Shown in pieces: positions 11,204 through 21,204 of a DNA stretch of 64,000 bases (its first letter is position 1; every line of letters begins with the position of its first letter). Position numbers and translations under genes: made by a program. Below the pieces are notes generated by a model. The model saw nothing but the letters and a program-made list of their open reading frames with translations, made no database searches and was not told the DNA's origin. The DNA comes from Candidatus Multivoradales bacterium (GTDB taxonomy: Bacteria > Acidobacteriota > Thermoanaerobaculia > Multivoradales > JAHEKO01). The DNA is taken from NCBI GenBank assembly GCA_965223855.1, contig CBDCXM010000009.1, positions 1,248,001 through 1,312,000 of the forward strand, given 5' to 3'.

Positions 11204-11264
11204 GGGCTTTGGCGGTGAGGTCCGCAGTGCTGAAGGGAAGCCGCCCGGAGGCGCCTCGACCGAC

Positions 11265-12155
11265 ATGAGCCAGCCGCAGAAGATCGCCGGTGCCTACCGT
11301 CGCGCCCTCGGCCGTTCCTGCCTGGTCTTCGCGATCGGGCTGCCGACCGGCGTCGCCCTCGTCGCCCTCACGCTTTGGGTGGCCGGTGGCGCCTCGGCCT
11401 CGGCGGACTCGTATCGACCGCTTCTGGCCCTGCTCGTCGCGCCGGCCTTCCTCGCCGTGTTGGGAGCCGGCGCGTGGTGGTTCGTCCGCAGCCGAGGCCG
11501 CCGCCTGGATCGGCTCTTCGAGCCGTTCGGCATGGCGGGAACGCAGGTCGGCGGGGTTCTCCGCGGTTGGACCGGCAGCTGGAACGACCGCGAGGTCGAT
11601 GCGTGGTTCTCCAAGGGGCCGACGTTCGAACTCTTCCTCGGCTGTCACACCGCCACCCGCGGCGGGGTCGGTCGCCCGGGTGCTACCGGTCGCAGATTGG
11701 CCGCCGCGATCTTCGATCGCGAGCCTCTGGAGCCGGTGCCCGGAGAGGCCGAGGGCCTCACCGTCTACGCCGAGGACCCGGAGTGGATGCGATCGTTCCT
11801 CGCCGCTCCGGACTGCAAGGAGGCGCTGGACGAGCTACTGACGGAGACCGATCGGGTCTCGCCCATGCTTGCCGTCGGTCCCGAGGCCCTGCAGTACGTC
11901 AGGCGGTTCGAGCGTCTGGATCGCATCACGGATGCCAGTGTCCGCGGGTGGCTCGAGGCGCTGGAACGGCTCGCCCGCTGCGCAGAGACCGTCGGCCCGT
12001 CGGCGAGCGGTGCGACCCCGAGCCGGCTGGAGACCTGGGCGCGCAAGGAGCGCGGGCGGAGCTGGCTGCCGAAGTTCTTCGGCTGCCTCCTCGTCGGTAC
12101 GGTACTGGTCTTCGCGGGCCTCTTCCTGCTCTTCTACTTCGCTCACTACCGATAG
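11265..12155 (+). CDS. hypothetical membrane protein (about 3 TM)
   Basis: Start MSQPQKIAG inside ORF 10143..12155; two N-terminal and one C-terminal hydrophobic helices. Confidence 0.7.
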   Translation: MSQPQKIAGAYRRALGRSCLVFAIGLPTGVALVALTLWVAGGASASADSYRPLLALLVAPAFLAVLGAGAWWFVRSRGRRLDRLFEPFGMAGTQVGGVLRGWTGSWNDREVDAWFSKGPTFELFLGCHTATRGGVGRPGATGRRLAAAIFDREPLEPVPGEAEGLTVYAEDPEWMRSFLAAPDCKEALDELLTETDRVSPMLAVGPEALQYVRRFERLDRITDASVRGWLEALERLARCAETVGPSASGATPSRLETWARKERGRSWLPKFFGCLLVGTVLVFAGLFLLFYFAHYR

Positions 12156-12254
12156 AGGGTCTTGGGGGTCGCGCCCCGGAGCGGGGTCGTTCGCGAGGGT
12201 GGTTCTTTGCCGGGTCGGTCGTGCGACAATCGCCGCAACTGAGAGGAGATTTCG

Positions 12255-12977
12255 ATGACCTACCGTCTGACCACCGCCGCGCTGGCGTTCATCCTGTGCT
12301 TCTCGGCTTCGGCCGCGCGTGCCGGCACCGTGACGCTGACCGCCGATCGCGACAACACGCTCTATCAGTCGGACGACGGCAGTCTCAGCAACGGCGCCGG
12401 CGATCACTTCTTCACCGGCGTGACCAACGAGGGTGTGACCCGCCGCGGCCTGGTGCACTTCGATCTGACGTCGATTCCGTCCGGTGCGGTGATCACCAGC
12501 GCGACCCTGACGCTCAACATGTCGATGACGATCGCCGGACCGGTCGATGTGACGCTCCATCGCGTCTCGGCGGATTGGGGCGAAGGCGCTTCGAATGCTC
12601 CCGGCGGTGAGGGAGGTGGCGCGCCGGCGGCGACCGGGGACGCGACCTGGCTCCACACCTTCTTCGACAGCTCGCTGTGGGCGACCGCGGGAGGCGACTT
12701 CGTCGCCGCCGCCAGCGCGACGACCTCGGTCGACGACAACGGCGCCTACGCCTGGGGCTCGACGACCGGGATGATCGCCGACGTGCAGGAGTGGGTCGAC
12801 TCTCCGGCCGACAACTACGGCTGGCTCCTCCTCGGCGGCGAGCAGCTCGAAGGGCAGTCGACCGCCAAGCGTTTCGACAGCCGCGAGGGCGATCAGGAGG
12901 GGACGTCGGGGCCACAGCTCGTCGTCGAGTTCCTGCCTCCCGTGCCGGTCGAGCTGCAGTCGATCACGATCGACTGA
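12255..12977 (+). CDS. secreted DNRLRE/CBM96-like domain protein
   Basis: GAGGAG RBS, signal peptide, ADRDNTLY, RRGLVHFDLTSIP, ITSATLTL, NYGWLL, FDSRE, PQLVVEF; ends PVELQSITID. Confidence 0.8.
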   Translation: MTYRLTTAALAFILCFSASAARAGTVTLTADRDNTLYQSDDGSLSNGAGDHFFTGVTNEGVTRRGLVHFDLTSIPSGAVITSATLTLNMSMTIAGPVDVTLHRVSADWGEGASNAPGGEGGGAPAATGDATWLHTFFDSSLWATAGGDFVAAASATTSVDDNGAYAWGSTTGMIADVQEWVDSPADNYGWLLLGGEQLEGQSTAKRFDSREGDQEGTSGPQLVVEFLPPVPVELQSITID

Positions 12978-13183
12978 CGCCGCCTCGAGCGGAGTCCCTT
13001 GCTGACACCACGTGCAAGGGTGTCGGGTGCAAGGGCGCGAGTGCGTCCTATTGCATAGTCGAAGAGCTATCCGGCTGCTAGAAACAGATCTTCCCCAGGA
13101 CGTAGGAAGGCGGAACGGCTCCTGATCGAGACGGCCGCCGAGGGATTCGAATCGTTTCTTTCTTTCCCGAAGAGGAGACCCAG

Positions 13184-16100
13184 ATGACGTTATTCGTCCC
13201 GTCGCAGCGGGCCGGCGTGCGCCGGTGGCCGCTTGTCGCACTCACTCTGCTGTTCCTCGTGGCGACCGCCTCGCACGCCTTCGTGCAACCGCAGTCGGAC
13301 CGCCACGAGCAGCGCAACTTCGACGCCCGGATCGCCGAGAACGTCGGCCTCGTGGCGCCGGAGAACGCCGACCAGCGGGCCGCCGTCGAGGCGCTTCGGG
13401 CGACTCTGCCCGAGCTCGCCGTGACCTACGAGCCGTCGAGCAGTGCCGTGCGCACGCTCTACAACCAGACCGGCTACCTGACCGAGCCGAGCGAGGCGCT
13501 GCCTCGTGAGATCGCACTTCGCTTCGTGACCGACAACCTCACGCTGCTCGGCCTCACGGCAGGGGACGTGCGCTCGTTCGAGGTCACCGACGAGGTGTTC
13601 ACCCGGGCGACGGGTGCGACCCGTCTCTACCTGCGGCAGACGCATGGGGGGCTGTCGGTCTACAACGCCCAGCTGCAGGTCAACATCAACCGCGACGGGC
13701 GGATCCTGAGCGTCAACAACGCCTTCCTGCCGGGTCTCGCCTCGGCGGCGGGTTTCGCCGCGGACGGGCGAGCCGGCTTCCAGCCGGCCCTCGATGCGGT
13801 GGCGGCCGTCGCCTCGGCCGCCAAGTCGATCGGTGTCGACGTGACGCCGGTCGTGACCGAGAGTGCGAGCGGCGTCGAACGGCTCACCCGGGTCAGCCCG
13901 GACGGTCTCTCCCAGGAGCCGATCGAGGCGCGGCTGATGTGGCTGCCGATCCGCGAGGGAGACGTTCGGCTGGTCTGGAACTTCCAGATCTACACCCTCG
14001 ACAGCCAGCACTGGTACGACTTCACCGTCGATGCGACGAGCGGCCGTGTGTGGACCCGGTTCGACTGGGTCAACTCGGGCGACTACCGGGTCTACGAGCA
14101 GCCGGTGGAGGATCCGGGGCATACGAGCCCGGCCCCGCCTGCCGACGCGCGGACGCTGGCGGTCGATCCCGAGAACGCCACGGCTTCGCCGTCCGGCTGG
14201 TTCTCCGGCGGCATCGTCGACGGCAACAACGTCCACGCCTGCATCGACGCCAGTCCGTCGAACAACGCCTGTGACTTCCAGACGAGCTGCTCCGGGACCA
14301 CCTGCGACTTCCCGATCAACCTCAACAACCAGCCCTCGTCGTTCCAGAACGCGGCGGTGGCGAATCTCTTCTACTGGAACAACCTGATTCACGACATCCA
14401 GTATCAGTACGGGTTCGACGAAGCTGGCGGCAACTTCCAGGAGAACAACTTCGGCAACGGCGGCAACGGGTCCGACTCGGTGAACGCCGACGCCCAGGAC
14501 GGCGGCGGCAACTGCAATGCCAACTTCGCGACGCCGACCGACGGTGGCAACCCGAGGATGCAGATGTATACCTGCACCAACGCCAGCCCGGCGCGGGACG
14601 GTGATCTCGACAACGGGGTGATCGTCCACGAGTACGGGCACGGCATCTCGATCCGCCAGGTCGGTGGCCCGGGCAACTCGAGCTGTCTCAACAACAGCCA
14701 GCAGGCCGGCGAGGGATGGAGCGACTGGTTCGCCCTCGCCTACACCCACGAGCCGGGCGATGCGGGCACGGATTCCCGCGGCATCGGCACCTACCTCTTC
14801 GGTCAGGGCCCCAACGGTCCCGGTATCCGCGATCTGCCCTACTCGACCGACCCGGGTGTCAACAACTGGACCTACGAGTCGATCTCGGGCGCCGGCATTC
14901 CGCACGGCGTCGGTTCCCGTTGGGCACAGGCGATCTGGGAGGTCTACTGGGCGCTCGTCGACCAGTACGGCTTCGACGCCGATCTCTACGACGCCAACGG
15001 CGGCGCCGGCAACCAGCGCGCCATGCTCTACGTCAACGAAGGGCTCAAGAACACGGCCTGCTCGCCGACGTTCGTCGCCAACCGCGACGGCATCATCCAG
15101 GCGGCGACCGACAACTACGGCGGCGCCGACGTCTGCCTCCTGTGGGAGACCTTCGCCGCCTTCGGCCTCGGGACGGACGCCGTCTCCGGCGGGTCGAACT
15201 CCACCAACCCGACGAACGGCTTCTCGATCCCGGCCTCGTGTCAGTGCCAGCCGAACCCGATCGCCGACGCCGGAGCGGATCAGACGATCTGCCAGGGCGA
15301 CTCGGCCACCGTCGGTACGTCCGCGCAGGCCGGCCACAGCTACTTGTGGTCACCCGGCGGCCAGTCGAGCGCTCAGATCACGGTCACGCCGACCGTCGAC
15401 ACGACCTACACCGTGACGGCGACCACCTCGTGTGGCAGTGCGCAGGACTCGGCGACGGTCTTCGTCGATGACGGCACGACGGCCGGCGGTCTGGACGACG
15501 ACTTCGAGAGTGGTGGCGGCTCCTGGAGCTCCACCGGCCTGTGGCATCTGACGAGCAATTCGTCGTGTGCCTCGCCCGGCTATTCGTCGCCGGTCAACGC
15601 CTTCTACTACGGCCAGGATTCGAGTTGCACCTACAACTCCGGTGCGGCCAACTCCGGCTCCCTGACGTCGCCGGTCATCAGTGGGATCAACAACACCTCC
15701 ACGCTGACCTTCGACTACTTCCGCCAGGTCGAGAGCTTCACCGGAGGCTCCTACGACCAGACGACGGTCGATATCGTGACCTCGAGCGGATCGACGACGG
15801 TGTTCGCACTCGATTCGACCGACGCTTCGAGCAGCTCCTGGACATCGAGCGGTGCGATCGATCTTTCCGGTTTCGCCGGTCAGAACATCCAGGTCCGCTT
15901 CACCTTCAACAGCGTCGACAACGTCTCCAACGATTTCGTCGGTTGGCTGATCGACGACGTCGTCGTCACCGGCGACTCGGCCTGCACGCCGAGCAACACG
16001 CCGCCGACGGTCTCGATCGACAGCCCGAGCGGCCCGGTGACGGTCTCCGAGGGTACGTCGGTCAACTTCACCGGTACCGCCTCGGACACCGAGGACGGCG

Positions 16101-17548
16101 ACCTGACCGGGTCGATCGCATGGAGCTCGTCGCTCGACGGTGCGTTCGGTTCGGGGGGCTCGGCCAGTGCGACGCTTTCGGTCGGTAGCCACGTGGTCTC
16201 GGCTTCCGTTACCGATTCCGGCTCGCTCAGCGGGTCCGACTCGGTCGACGTGACGGTCAACGCCAACAACGCGCCGACGGTGAGCATCAACTCGCCGGCC
16301 AACGGTGCGCAGTTCGATCAAGGCCAGACGGTGAGCTTCTCCGGCACCGCGACCGACGTCGAAGACGGCACCCTGACCGGAAGTCTCGCCTGGACGTCGT
16401 CGATCGACGGCTCGATCGGTTCCGGTGGCTCCTTCAGCACCTCGAGCCTGTCGCTCGGCACCCACACGATCACGGCGTCCGTGACGGACTCGAACGGGGC
16501 CAACGGCTCCGATTCGATCTCGATCGGCATCAACGTGATCGGAGGAGGCTGCACCGACTGCATCGACTGGAGTTCCACGACGACGGTCTCCTACTCCAAC
16601 CAGGACGTGAGCGGCGACGTCACCATCGAAGACGGTGGCGACACGATCCTGCTCCAGAACAACACCTGGCGCAGGACGACGCAGACGTTCACGATCACCC
16701 CCAACACGGTGGTCGAGTTCGAGTTCGCCTCCGCGGTTCAGGGTGAGATCCACGGCCTCGGCTTCGACGAGGACGACACGCTCACCAACGACGTGCGGAT
16801 CTTCCAGGTCCACGGCACGCAGAACTGGGGCGGCTCGAACCACGACTTCGACAACTACGCCGGTGGCGGCACGTTCACGACCTACCAGATCCCGGTGGGG
16901 CAGTACTACACCGGCACGATGTTCCTGGTCGTCGTGAACGACAACGACGCCGGTTCCGGCAACGACAGCCGGTTCCGCAACGTGCGGGTCTACGAGGACG
17001 TGCCTCCGGGCGGCTGCGCCGCGGACGTCGATTTCTCGGGCGGTGCCGCCGGCTGGACGAACAGTGGTGCGAGCACCTGCTCGACCGGTTCGTTCGTCGT
17101 CGCCACGCCGACTTCGGTCGTCAACGGTGGCGTCACCACCCAGGTGGGCGGTGACCACACCTCCGGCTCGGGCAACGCCTTCTTCTCGGCGACCAACTCG
17201 AGCGCCGGCGTCAACGACGTCGACGGTGGCAACTGCATCGTCACGTCGCCGGTCTATCCGGTTGCCGACGCCTCCGACGTCAGCCTGTGGTACTTCCACG
17301 GTCAGCGTGACGCCGGTGACGACGCTTCGGGCGACTTCTTCCTGCTCGAGATGTCGACCAACGGCGGTTCGAGCTGGTCGACCCTGGCGTCGAACGGCGA
17401 CAGCACCTCCAACGCGGTCTGGACCGAGGCGACGGCGACCGTCGCTGCCGGATCCAACGTGCAGTTCCGCGTTCAGGTCTCCGACGGCGCGAGTGCCGGG
17501 GATCTGGTCGAGGCGGGTGTCGACGACGTGTCGATCTGCCCGCAGTAG
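13184..17548 (+). CDS. M36 (fungalysin) family secreted metallopeptidase with propeptide and C-terminal Ig/PKD-like and beta-sandwich domains
   Basis: Signal peptide; NLFYWNN, GFDEAGGNFQ, NANFATPTDG, HEYGH zinc motif, GEGWSD; two homologous NxxPTVSIxSP..GTAxDxEDGxLTGS domains. Confidence 0.92.
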   Translation: MTLFVPSQRAGVRRWPLVALTLLFLVATASHAFVQPQSDRHEQRNFDARIAENVGLVAPENADQRAAVEALRATLPELAVTYEPSSSAVRTLYNQTGYLTEPSEALPREIALRFVTDNLTLLGLTAGDVRSFEVTDEVFTRATGATRLYLRQTHGGLSVYNAQLQVNINRDGRILSVNNAFLPGLASAAGFAADGRAGFQPALDAVAAVASAAKSIGVDVTPVVTESASGVERLTRVSPDGLSQEPIEARLMWLPIREGDVRLVWNFQIYTLDSQHWYDFTVDATSGRVWTRFDWVNSGDYRVYEQPVEDPGHTSPAPPADARTLAVDPENATASPSGWFSGGIVDGNNVHACIDASPSNNACDFQTSCSGTTCDFPINLNNQPSSFQNAAVANLFYWNNLIHDIQYQYGFDEAGGNFQENNFGNGGNGSDSVNADAQDGGGNCNANFATPTDGGNPRMQMYTCTNASPARDGDLDNGVIVHEYGHGISIRQVGGPGNSSCLNNSQQAGEGWSDWFALAYTHEPGDAGTDSRGIGTYLFGQGPNGPGIRDLPYSTDPGVNNWTYESISGAGIPHGVGSRWAQAIWEVYWALVDQYGFDADLYDANGGAGNQRAMLYVNEGLKNTACSPTFVANRDGIIQAATDNYGGADVCLLWETFAAFGLGTDAVSGGSNSTNPTNGFSIPASCQCQPNPIADAGADQTICQGDSATVGTSAQAGHSYLWSPGGQSSAQITVTPTVDTTYTVTATTSCGSAQDSATVFVDDGTTAGGLDDDFESGGGSWSSTGLWHLTSNSSCASPGYSSPVNAFYYGQDSSCTYNSGAANSGSLTSPVISGINNTSTLTFDYFRQVESFTGGSYDQTTVDIVTSSGSTTVFALDSTDASSSSWTSSGAIDLSGFAGQNIQVRFTFNSVDNVSNDFVGWLIDDVVVTGDSACTPSNTPPTVSIDSPSGPVTVSEGTSVNFTGTASDTEDGDLTGSIAWSSSLDGAFGSGGSASATLSVGSHVVSASVTDSGSLSGSDSVDVTVNANNAPTVSINSPANGAQFDQGQTVSFSGTATDVEDGTLTGSLAWTSSIDGSIGSGGSFSTSSLSLGTHTITASVTDSNGANGSDSISIGINVIGGGCTDCIDWSSTTTVSYSNQDVSGDVTIEDGGDTILLQNNTWRRTTQTFTITPNTVVEFEFASAVQGEIHGLGFDEDDTLTNDVRIFQVHGTQNWGGSNHDFDNYAGGGTFTTYQIPVGQYYTGTMFLVVVNDNDAGSGNDSRFRNVRVYEDVPPGGCAADVDFSGGAAGWTNSGASTCSTGSFVVATPTSVVNGGVTTQVGGDHTSGSGNAFFSATNSSAGVNDVDGGNCIVTSPVYPVADASDVSLWYFHGQRDAGDDASGDFFLLEMSTNGGSSWSTLASNGDSTSNAVWTEATATVAAGSNVQFRVQVSDGASAGDLVEAGVDDVSICPQ

Positions 17549-17562
17549 TTCGGCAATACCTG

Positions 17563-17599
17563 AAGCGGGGCGGCCTCCGGGTCGCCCCGCTTGTTTCTT
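17563..17599 (+). terminator. intrinsic terminator after the M36 gene
   Basis: Hairpin aagcggggcggcc-tccg-ggtcgccccgctt followed by gtttctt. Confidence 0.75.
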
Positions 17600-17641
17600 G
17601 GGGTCGCTCGTTCTTCGACCGGCGGCTGTCCAGCCGGGGGG

Positions 17642-18601
17642 TCAGGGCATGGAGTCGCGTGTCTTCGGCGTCGGCAGGTCGAGCGGGTCGGTCTCCGTCA
17701 CGACCTGAGCACGGCTGACCCGATTGCGGCCCGCGCGTTTCGCCTCGTACATCGCCTGATCCGCGGCCTCGAGCAGCCGGTCCGGCTTGGTGTTCTCGTC
17801 CGGGAAGGCCGTCAGCACGCCGATCGAGAGCGAGAGCTTGGTGTCCTTCAGCTCCGGGGTGTCGACGCCGAGCGTCTCGACCCGCGACCGGACCCGCTCT
17901 GCGGCGCGGTCCGATTCGTCCTCTTCGCTCAGAGGAAGCAGGGCGACGAACTCGTCGCCCCCGTAGCGCGCGACGATCGACTCGCCGCGCAGGTTGTCGC
18001 GCAGCGTGGTGCTGACGGCGCGCAGGACCTTGTCGCCGACCTTGTGGCCGAACTTGTCGTTGATCTCCTTGAAGTGATCGACGTCGGCGATCAGCAGGCT
18101 CAGCGGGGCCTCGTGCCGCTGTGTCCGCAGGATCTCGCGCTCGAGGGCCTCGTCGAAGTAACGCCGCGAGTAGGTCCCGGTGACCGGGTCGTGGAAAGCG
18201 AGCCGGAAGACCTCCTGGTAGAAGGGAGTCTCCGCGCTGTCCGCCTCGAGGTACTTGAACGTCGCCTTGCCGACCTGAAGGATGTCGCCGTCGGACAGAC
18301 GCGCGCGCCGGACGACCTTCGAGTTGAGGATGCAGCCGTTGCGGCTGCCGCGATCTCTCAGGCGGGCTTCACCCTTCAGCAGCAGGATCTCCGTGTGCTC
18401 CCGCGAGACCCACGGGTCGCGCAGCACGATCTCGTTGTTGGCGTTTCCTCTGCCGATACGGGTGACCTCCTGGGTGAGGGGAAAGAAGCGCACGGCCCCA
18501 GGCCCCGCCAACTGCACCAGGATCGGTGGTTCGTCGGAGGGGGCGAGGTCGTCGAGGTCGAGCCGCATCGTGCGGCCCGCGGTTGTCTTGCTGTCGCCCA
18601 T
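17642..18601 (-). CDS. FHA domain-containing diguanylate cyclase (GGDEF)
   Basis: FHA motifs IGRG, VSREH, GSRNG; DVDHFKEINDKFGH, RYGGDEF, ADQAMYEAKRAGRN. Confidence 0.92.
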   Translation of the reverse strand: MGDSKTTAGRTMRLDLDDLAPSDEPPILVQLAGPGAVRFFPLTQEVTRIGRGNANNEIVLRDPWVSREHTEILLLKGEARLRDRGSRNGCILNSKVVRRARLSDGDILQVGKATFKYLEADSAETPFYQEVFRLAFHDPVTGTYSRRYFDEALEREILRTQRHEAPLSLLIADVDHFKEINDKFGHKVGDKVLRAVSTTLRDNLRGESIVARYGGDEFVALLPLSEEDESDRAAERVRSRVETLGVDTPELKDTKLSLSIGVLTAFPDENTKPDRLLEAADQAMYEAKRAGRNRVSRAQVVTETDPLDLPTPKTRDSMP

Positions 18602-18679
18602 CGCCGTTCGGAGAATCGACCAACGATAGCAGGCGGTGCACCCTTACCGGACCGAGCGCTCGCGCGCTCCGCCAACGGG

Positions 18680-19495
18680 TCAGGTCTCGGCGAGGAGGAC
18701 GATCCTCTCGCGGCTCGACACCACGACGCCGCCGGGAGGCTCGACGGTGACGGCGAAGAGATAGGCGTCGCTCACGCCGACGGGAGTGGTGATCGGGATC
18801 ACCGCTTCCGTACCGTCCTGCGGCATGTCGAAGACGCCGCCATCGACCGGGTAGCGCTCGTCACGGTCGCGGTCGAAGACCCAGAGCTGATACTGCTGCG
18901 AGGCCGGATCGTTGGCTTCGAGATTGCGGATTCGCAGGTACCCCTCACCCCGCTCCTGGTTCCAGACGACGTCTCCCTCGGCGTCAGCGGCCGCGGGGTC
19001 TTCGGTGGCGGTCCAGGCGATCTGGCGCGTTCGGGCGACCTGCAGGAGCTCGACTCGCCTCTCGGCCGCCGTCCGTTCGGTGACGAGTGTCTCGGTGGCG
19101 GGCACCTCGACGGCCAAGGTGTCGCTCGGACCCGTCAGGCGAGGCCACCAGCCGGCGAGTGCCAGGACGAGGGCGGCCGCCGCCGCCCACCAGGCGGTGC
19201 GCGTCGCCGCGGGAGGTGTTGGTTCGGTCGCGAAGTCGAGCACGCGAGCGGTGGATCCCGAGTCGTCGGACTGTGAGCCGGGGGCGGCCGCGATCAGTCG
19301 CTCCCTGAGAGCGTGCGGCAGCGGGTCTTCGGTCCCGGCGTGAGCGAACGCCTGGTGGATCGCCGCGGCGGCCACGTCGAAGGTCCTGTCGTCACCATGC
19401 TCGACGAGCAGGGGCCGCAGTTCCTCGGCCTCGCGGGCGTCGAGGTCGGCGGTCGCCCGTGCCACGAGCAGCTCGTCGAATCGCTGCCGGCTCAC
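18680..19495 (-). CDS. anti-sigma factor, RskA-like
   Basis: GTGA overlap with the sigma gene; central TM; QYQLW, DGGVFD, FAVTVEPPGG C-terminal motifs. Confidence 0.85.
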   Translation of the reverse strand: MSRQRFDELLVARATADLDAREAEELRPLLVEHGDDRTFDVAAAAIHQAFAHAGTEDPLPHALRERLIAAAPGSQSDDSGSTARVLDFATEPTPPAATRTAWWAAAAALVLALAGWWPRLTGPSDTLAVEVPATETLVTERTAAERRVELLQVARTRQIAWTATEDPAAADAEGDVVWNQERGEGYLRIRNLEANDPASQQYQLWVFDRDRDERYPVDGGVFDMPQDGTEAVIPITTPVGVSDAYLFAVTVEPPGGVVVSSRERIVLLAET

Positions 19496-20043
19496 GGCGT
19501 CACCGCCTGACTTTCGAGGCTCGTCAATCGCTCCCGTACCTTGTTCAGGCCGCGGAAGATGTGGGATTTGACCGTCCCCAGCGGCAGATCGACGCTGTTC
19601 GCGATCTCGCTGTGAGTCATGCCGTAGTAGATCGACAGCTCGAGAACGCGGCGCTGCTCCGGTCGCAGCTCGTGCAGGATCTCGGCCGCCACCTGCGCCT
19701 CGACCGAAGCCTGCATCCGGACATGCTCGTCGTCGGCGGGCTCGATCTCGACCTCGGGCGGCAGATCGACCCACTGGGGTCGGCGCTGCTCCTTGCGAAG
19801 CCGGTCGATCATCTTGCGGCGGGCGATCATCGTGACGAAGGTCTTCTCGGAGGCCAGCGAGGGGTCGAACTTCGCGGCGTTCTTCCAGACGGCGACGAAC
19901 GCTTCCTGAACCGAGTCTTCGGCCTCTTCGGTCGAGCGATGGAACCGCCTGGCGATCGACCACAGCAGCCCGCCGTAGTGGTCGATGCACTCGCGCACCG
20001 CGTCGGGGTCACCTGCGGCGATCCTGGGGAGGAAGGTTTCCAT
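19492..20043 (-). CDS. ECF sigma-70 factor (SigK-like)
   Basis: AEDSVQEAFVAVW (region 2), IARRKMIDRLR, EIA..LPLGTVKSHI (region 4). Confidence 0.92.
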   Translation of the reverse strand: METFLPRIAAGDPDAVRECIDHYGGLLWSIARRFHRSTEEAEDSVQEAFVAVWKNAAKFDPSLASEKTFVTMIARRKMIDRLRKEQRRPQWVDLPPEVEIEPADDEHVRMQASVEAQVAAEILHELRPEQRRVLELSIYYGMTHSEIANSVDLPLGTVKSHIFRGLNKVRERLTSLESQAVTP

Positions 20044-20136
20044 CGGGACTTGCGAGACGTTATCGCGAAGTCGAACAAGAGAGAAAACGGCGCCGCGGGG
20101 CGAGGAGGACATCCCCACGGCGCCTGGGAAGGCAGG

Positions 20137-20643
20137 TCAGGGCATGAGGACGGTGTCGATGACGTGAATGACACCGTTCGAGGCCTCGACGTCGACGGCG
20201 ACGACGTTGGAGTCGTTGACGCGCACGGCGCCGTCCTCGGCGGTGAAGCTGATCTCGCCGCCCTGGAGTGTGGTGGCTCCGGCGCTGGCGACGACGTCAC
20301 CGGAAGCGAGCGAACCGGCGACCACGTGGTAGGTGAGGATGCTCTTGAGCTTGTCGAGGTTCTCGGGCTCGAGCAGCATCTCGACCGTGCCCTCGGGAAG
20401 CTTGGCGAACGCCTCGTCGGTCGGCGCGAAGACGGTGAAGGGGCCGTCGCCCTTGAGCGCATCGACCAGGCCGGCCGCGTCGAGCGCGGCTGCCAGGGTG
20501 CCGAACGAGCCGGCGGCGACGGCGGTGTCGACGATGTCGCCCTTGATCGACGATTCGTCGGACTTCGAGTGGTGTCCGGCGCCGGCTACGGCGGCGACCA
20601 GGAGGAGGGAGAGGCTGAGGATGGTGATTCTGGAACGAAGCAA
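20137..20643 (-). CDS. secreted fasciclin (FAS1) domain protein
   Basis: AAGGAG RBS before TTG; signal peptide; [36 protein letters not shown]. Confidence 0.93.
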   Translation of the reverse strand: MLRSRITILSLSLLLVAAVAGAGHHSKSDESSIKGDIVDTAVAAGSFGTLAAALDAAGLVDALKGDGPFTVFAPTDEAFAKLPEGTVEMLLEPENLDKLKSILTYHVVAGSLASGDVVASAGATTLQGGEISFTAEDGAVRVNDSNVVAVDVEASNGVIHVIDTVLMP

Positions 20644-20716
20644 GGTAGGTCTCCTTGTGGGTGGGATGTTTGGGAACTGCGTTTGGAAGGTGCGAGCCCG
20701 GGCGCTCGTCGGTTAG

Positions 20717-20742
20717 TTCGCCGCTGTGGCAGAAACGGTTGC
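20717..20742 (-). promoter_or_regulatory. putative ECF promoter of the fasciclin-sigma-antisigma operon
   Basis: GCAACC-N16-CGAA upstream of the fasciclin gene, resembling SigK-type promoters. Confidence 0.3.
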
Positions 20743-20792
20743 GAGACCGGTGCTCCCTGAGGGGTGCAACCTTGAGAGTTTGGTGCCGTAAG

Positions 20793-20816
20793 ATACCTTG
20801 CGATGCAAGATATAAT
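20793..20816 (+). promoter_or_regulatory. putative PadR operator overlapping a TATAAT -10 box
   Basis: ATACCTTGC-gat-GCAAGATAT (8/9 inverted repeat); TATAAT at 20811-20816. Confidence 0.6.
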
Positions 20817-20844
20817 GCACAGCCTCAGAGTGGAGAGACCGTTC

Positions 20845-21204
20845 ATGACCGACCAACCGACACGGGAGCCCTGGCAGGAACAGCTGCGCCGCGGCGGGCT
20901 CGAGCTGGTGATCCTGCTCGCCGTCGCCGAGCGGCCACGCTACGGGCTCGAGATCATCCGCCACCTCGAGGAGGCCACCGACCTCGTCGTGACGGAGGGG
21001 ACGATCTACCCGATCCTCGGGCGCCTCACACGGCGCGGCCTGGCGGCGACCGAGTGGGTTCACGGGGAGAGCCCCCACCCGCGAAAGTACTACCGCCTGA
21101 CGGCCGACGGCGAGGCGGCCCTGACGGCGATGATCGACTACTGGAGCGACTACCGAGACAAGATCGACCGGCTCATCGAGGCCGGAAAAAGGAGACAGCG
21201 ATGA
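20845..21204 (+). CDS. PadR-family transcriptional regulator
   Basis: QLRRGGLELVIL, YGLEII, EGTIYPILGRL, RKYYRLT. Confidence 0.92.
   Translation: MTDQPTREPWQEQLRRGGLELVILLAVAERPRYGLEIIRHLEEATDLVVTEGTIYPILGRLTRRGLAATEWVHGESPHPRKYYRLTADGEAALTAMIDYWSDYRDKIDRLIEAGKRRQR

Noticed and set aside
13012-13056. Sigma-54 promoter upstream of the M36 gene
   Set aside because: TTGCA is present but the -24 GG is missing; the gtgcaaggg direct repeat alone is too weak to call.
18680-20643. Fasciclin-ECF-anti-sigma cluster as a novel system
   Set aside because: Well-known arrangement (SigK/RskA/MPT70-like).
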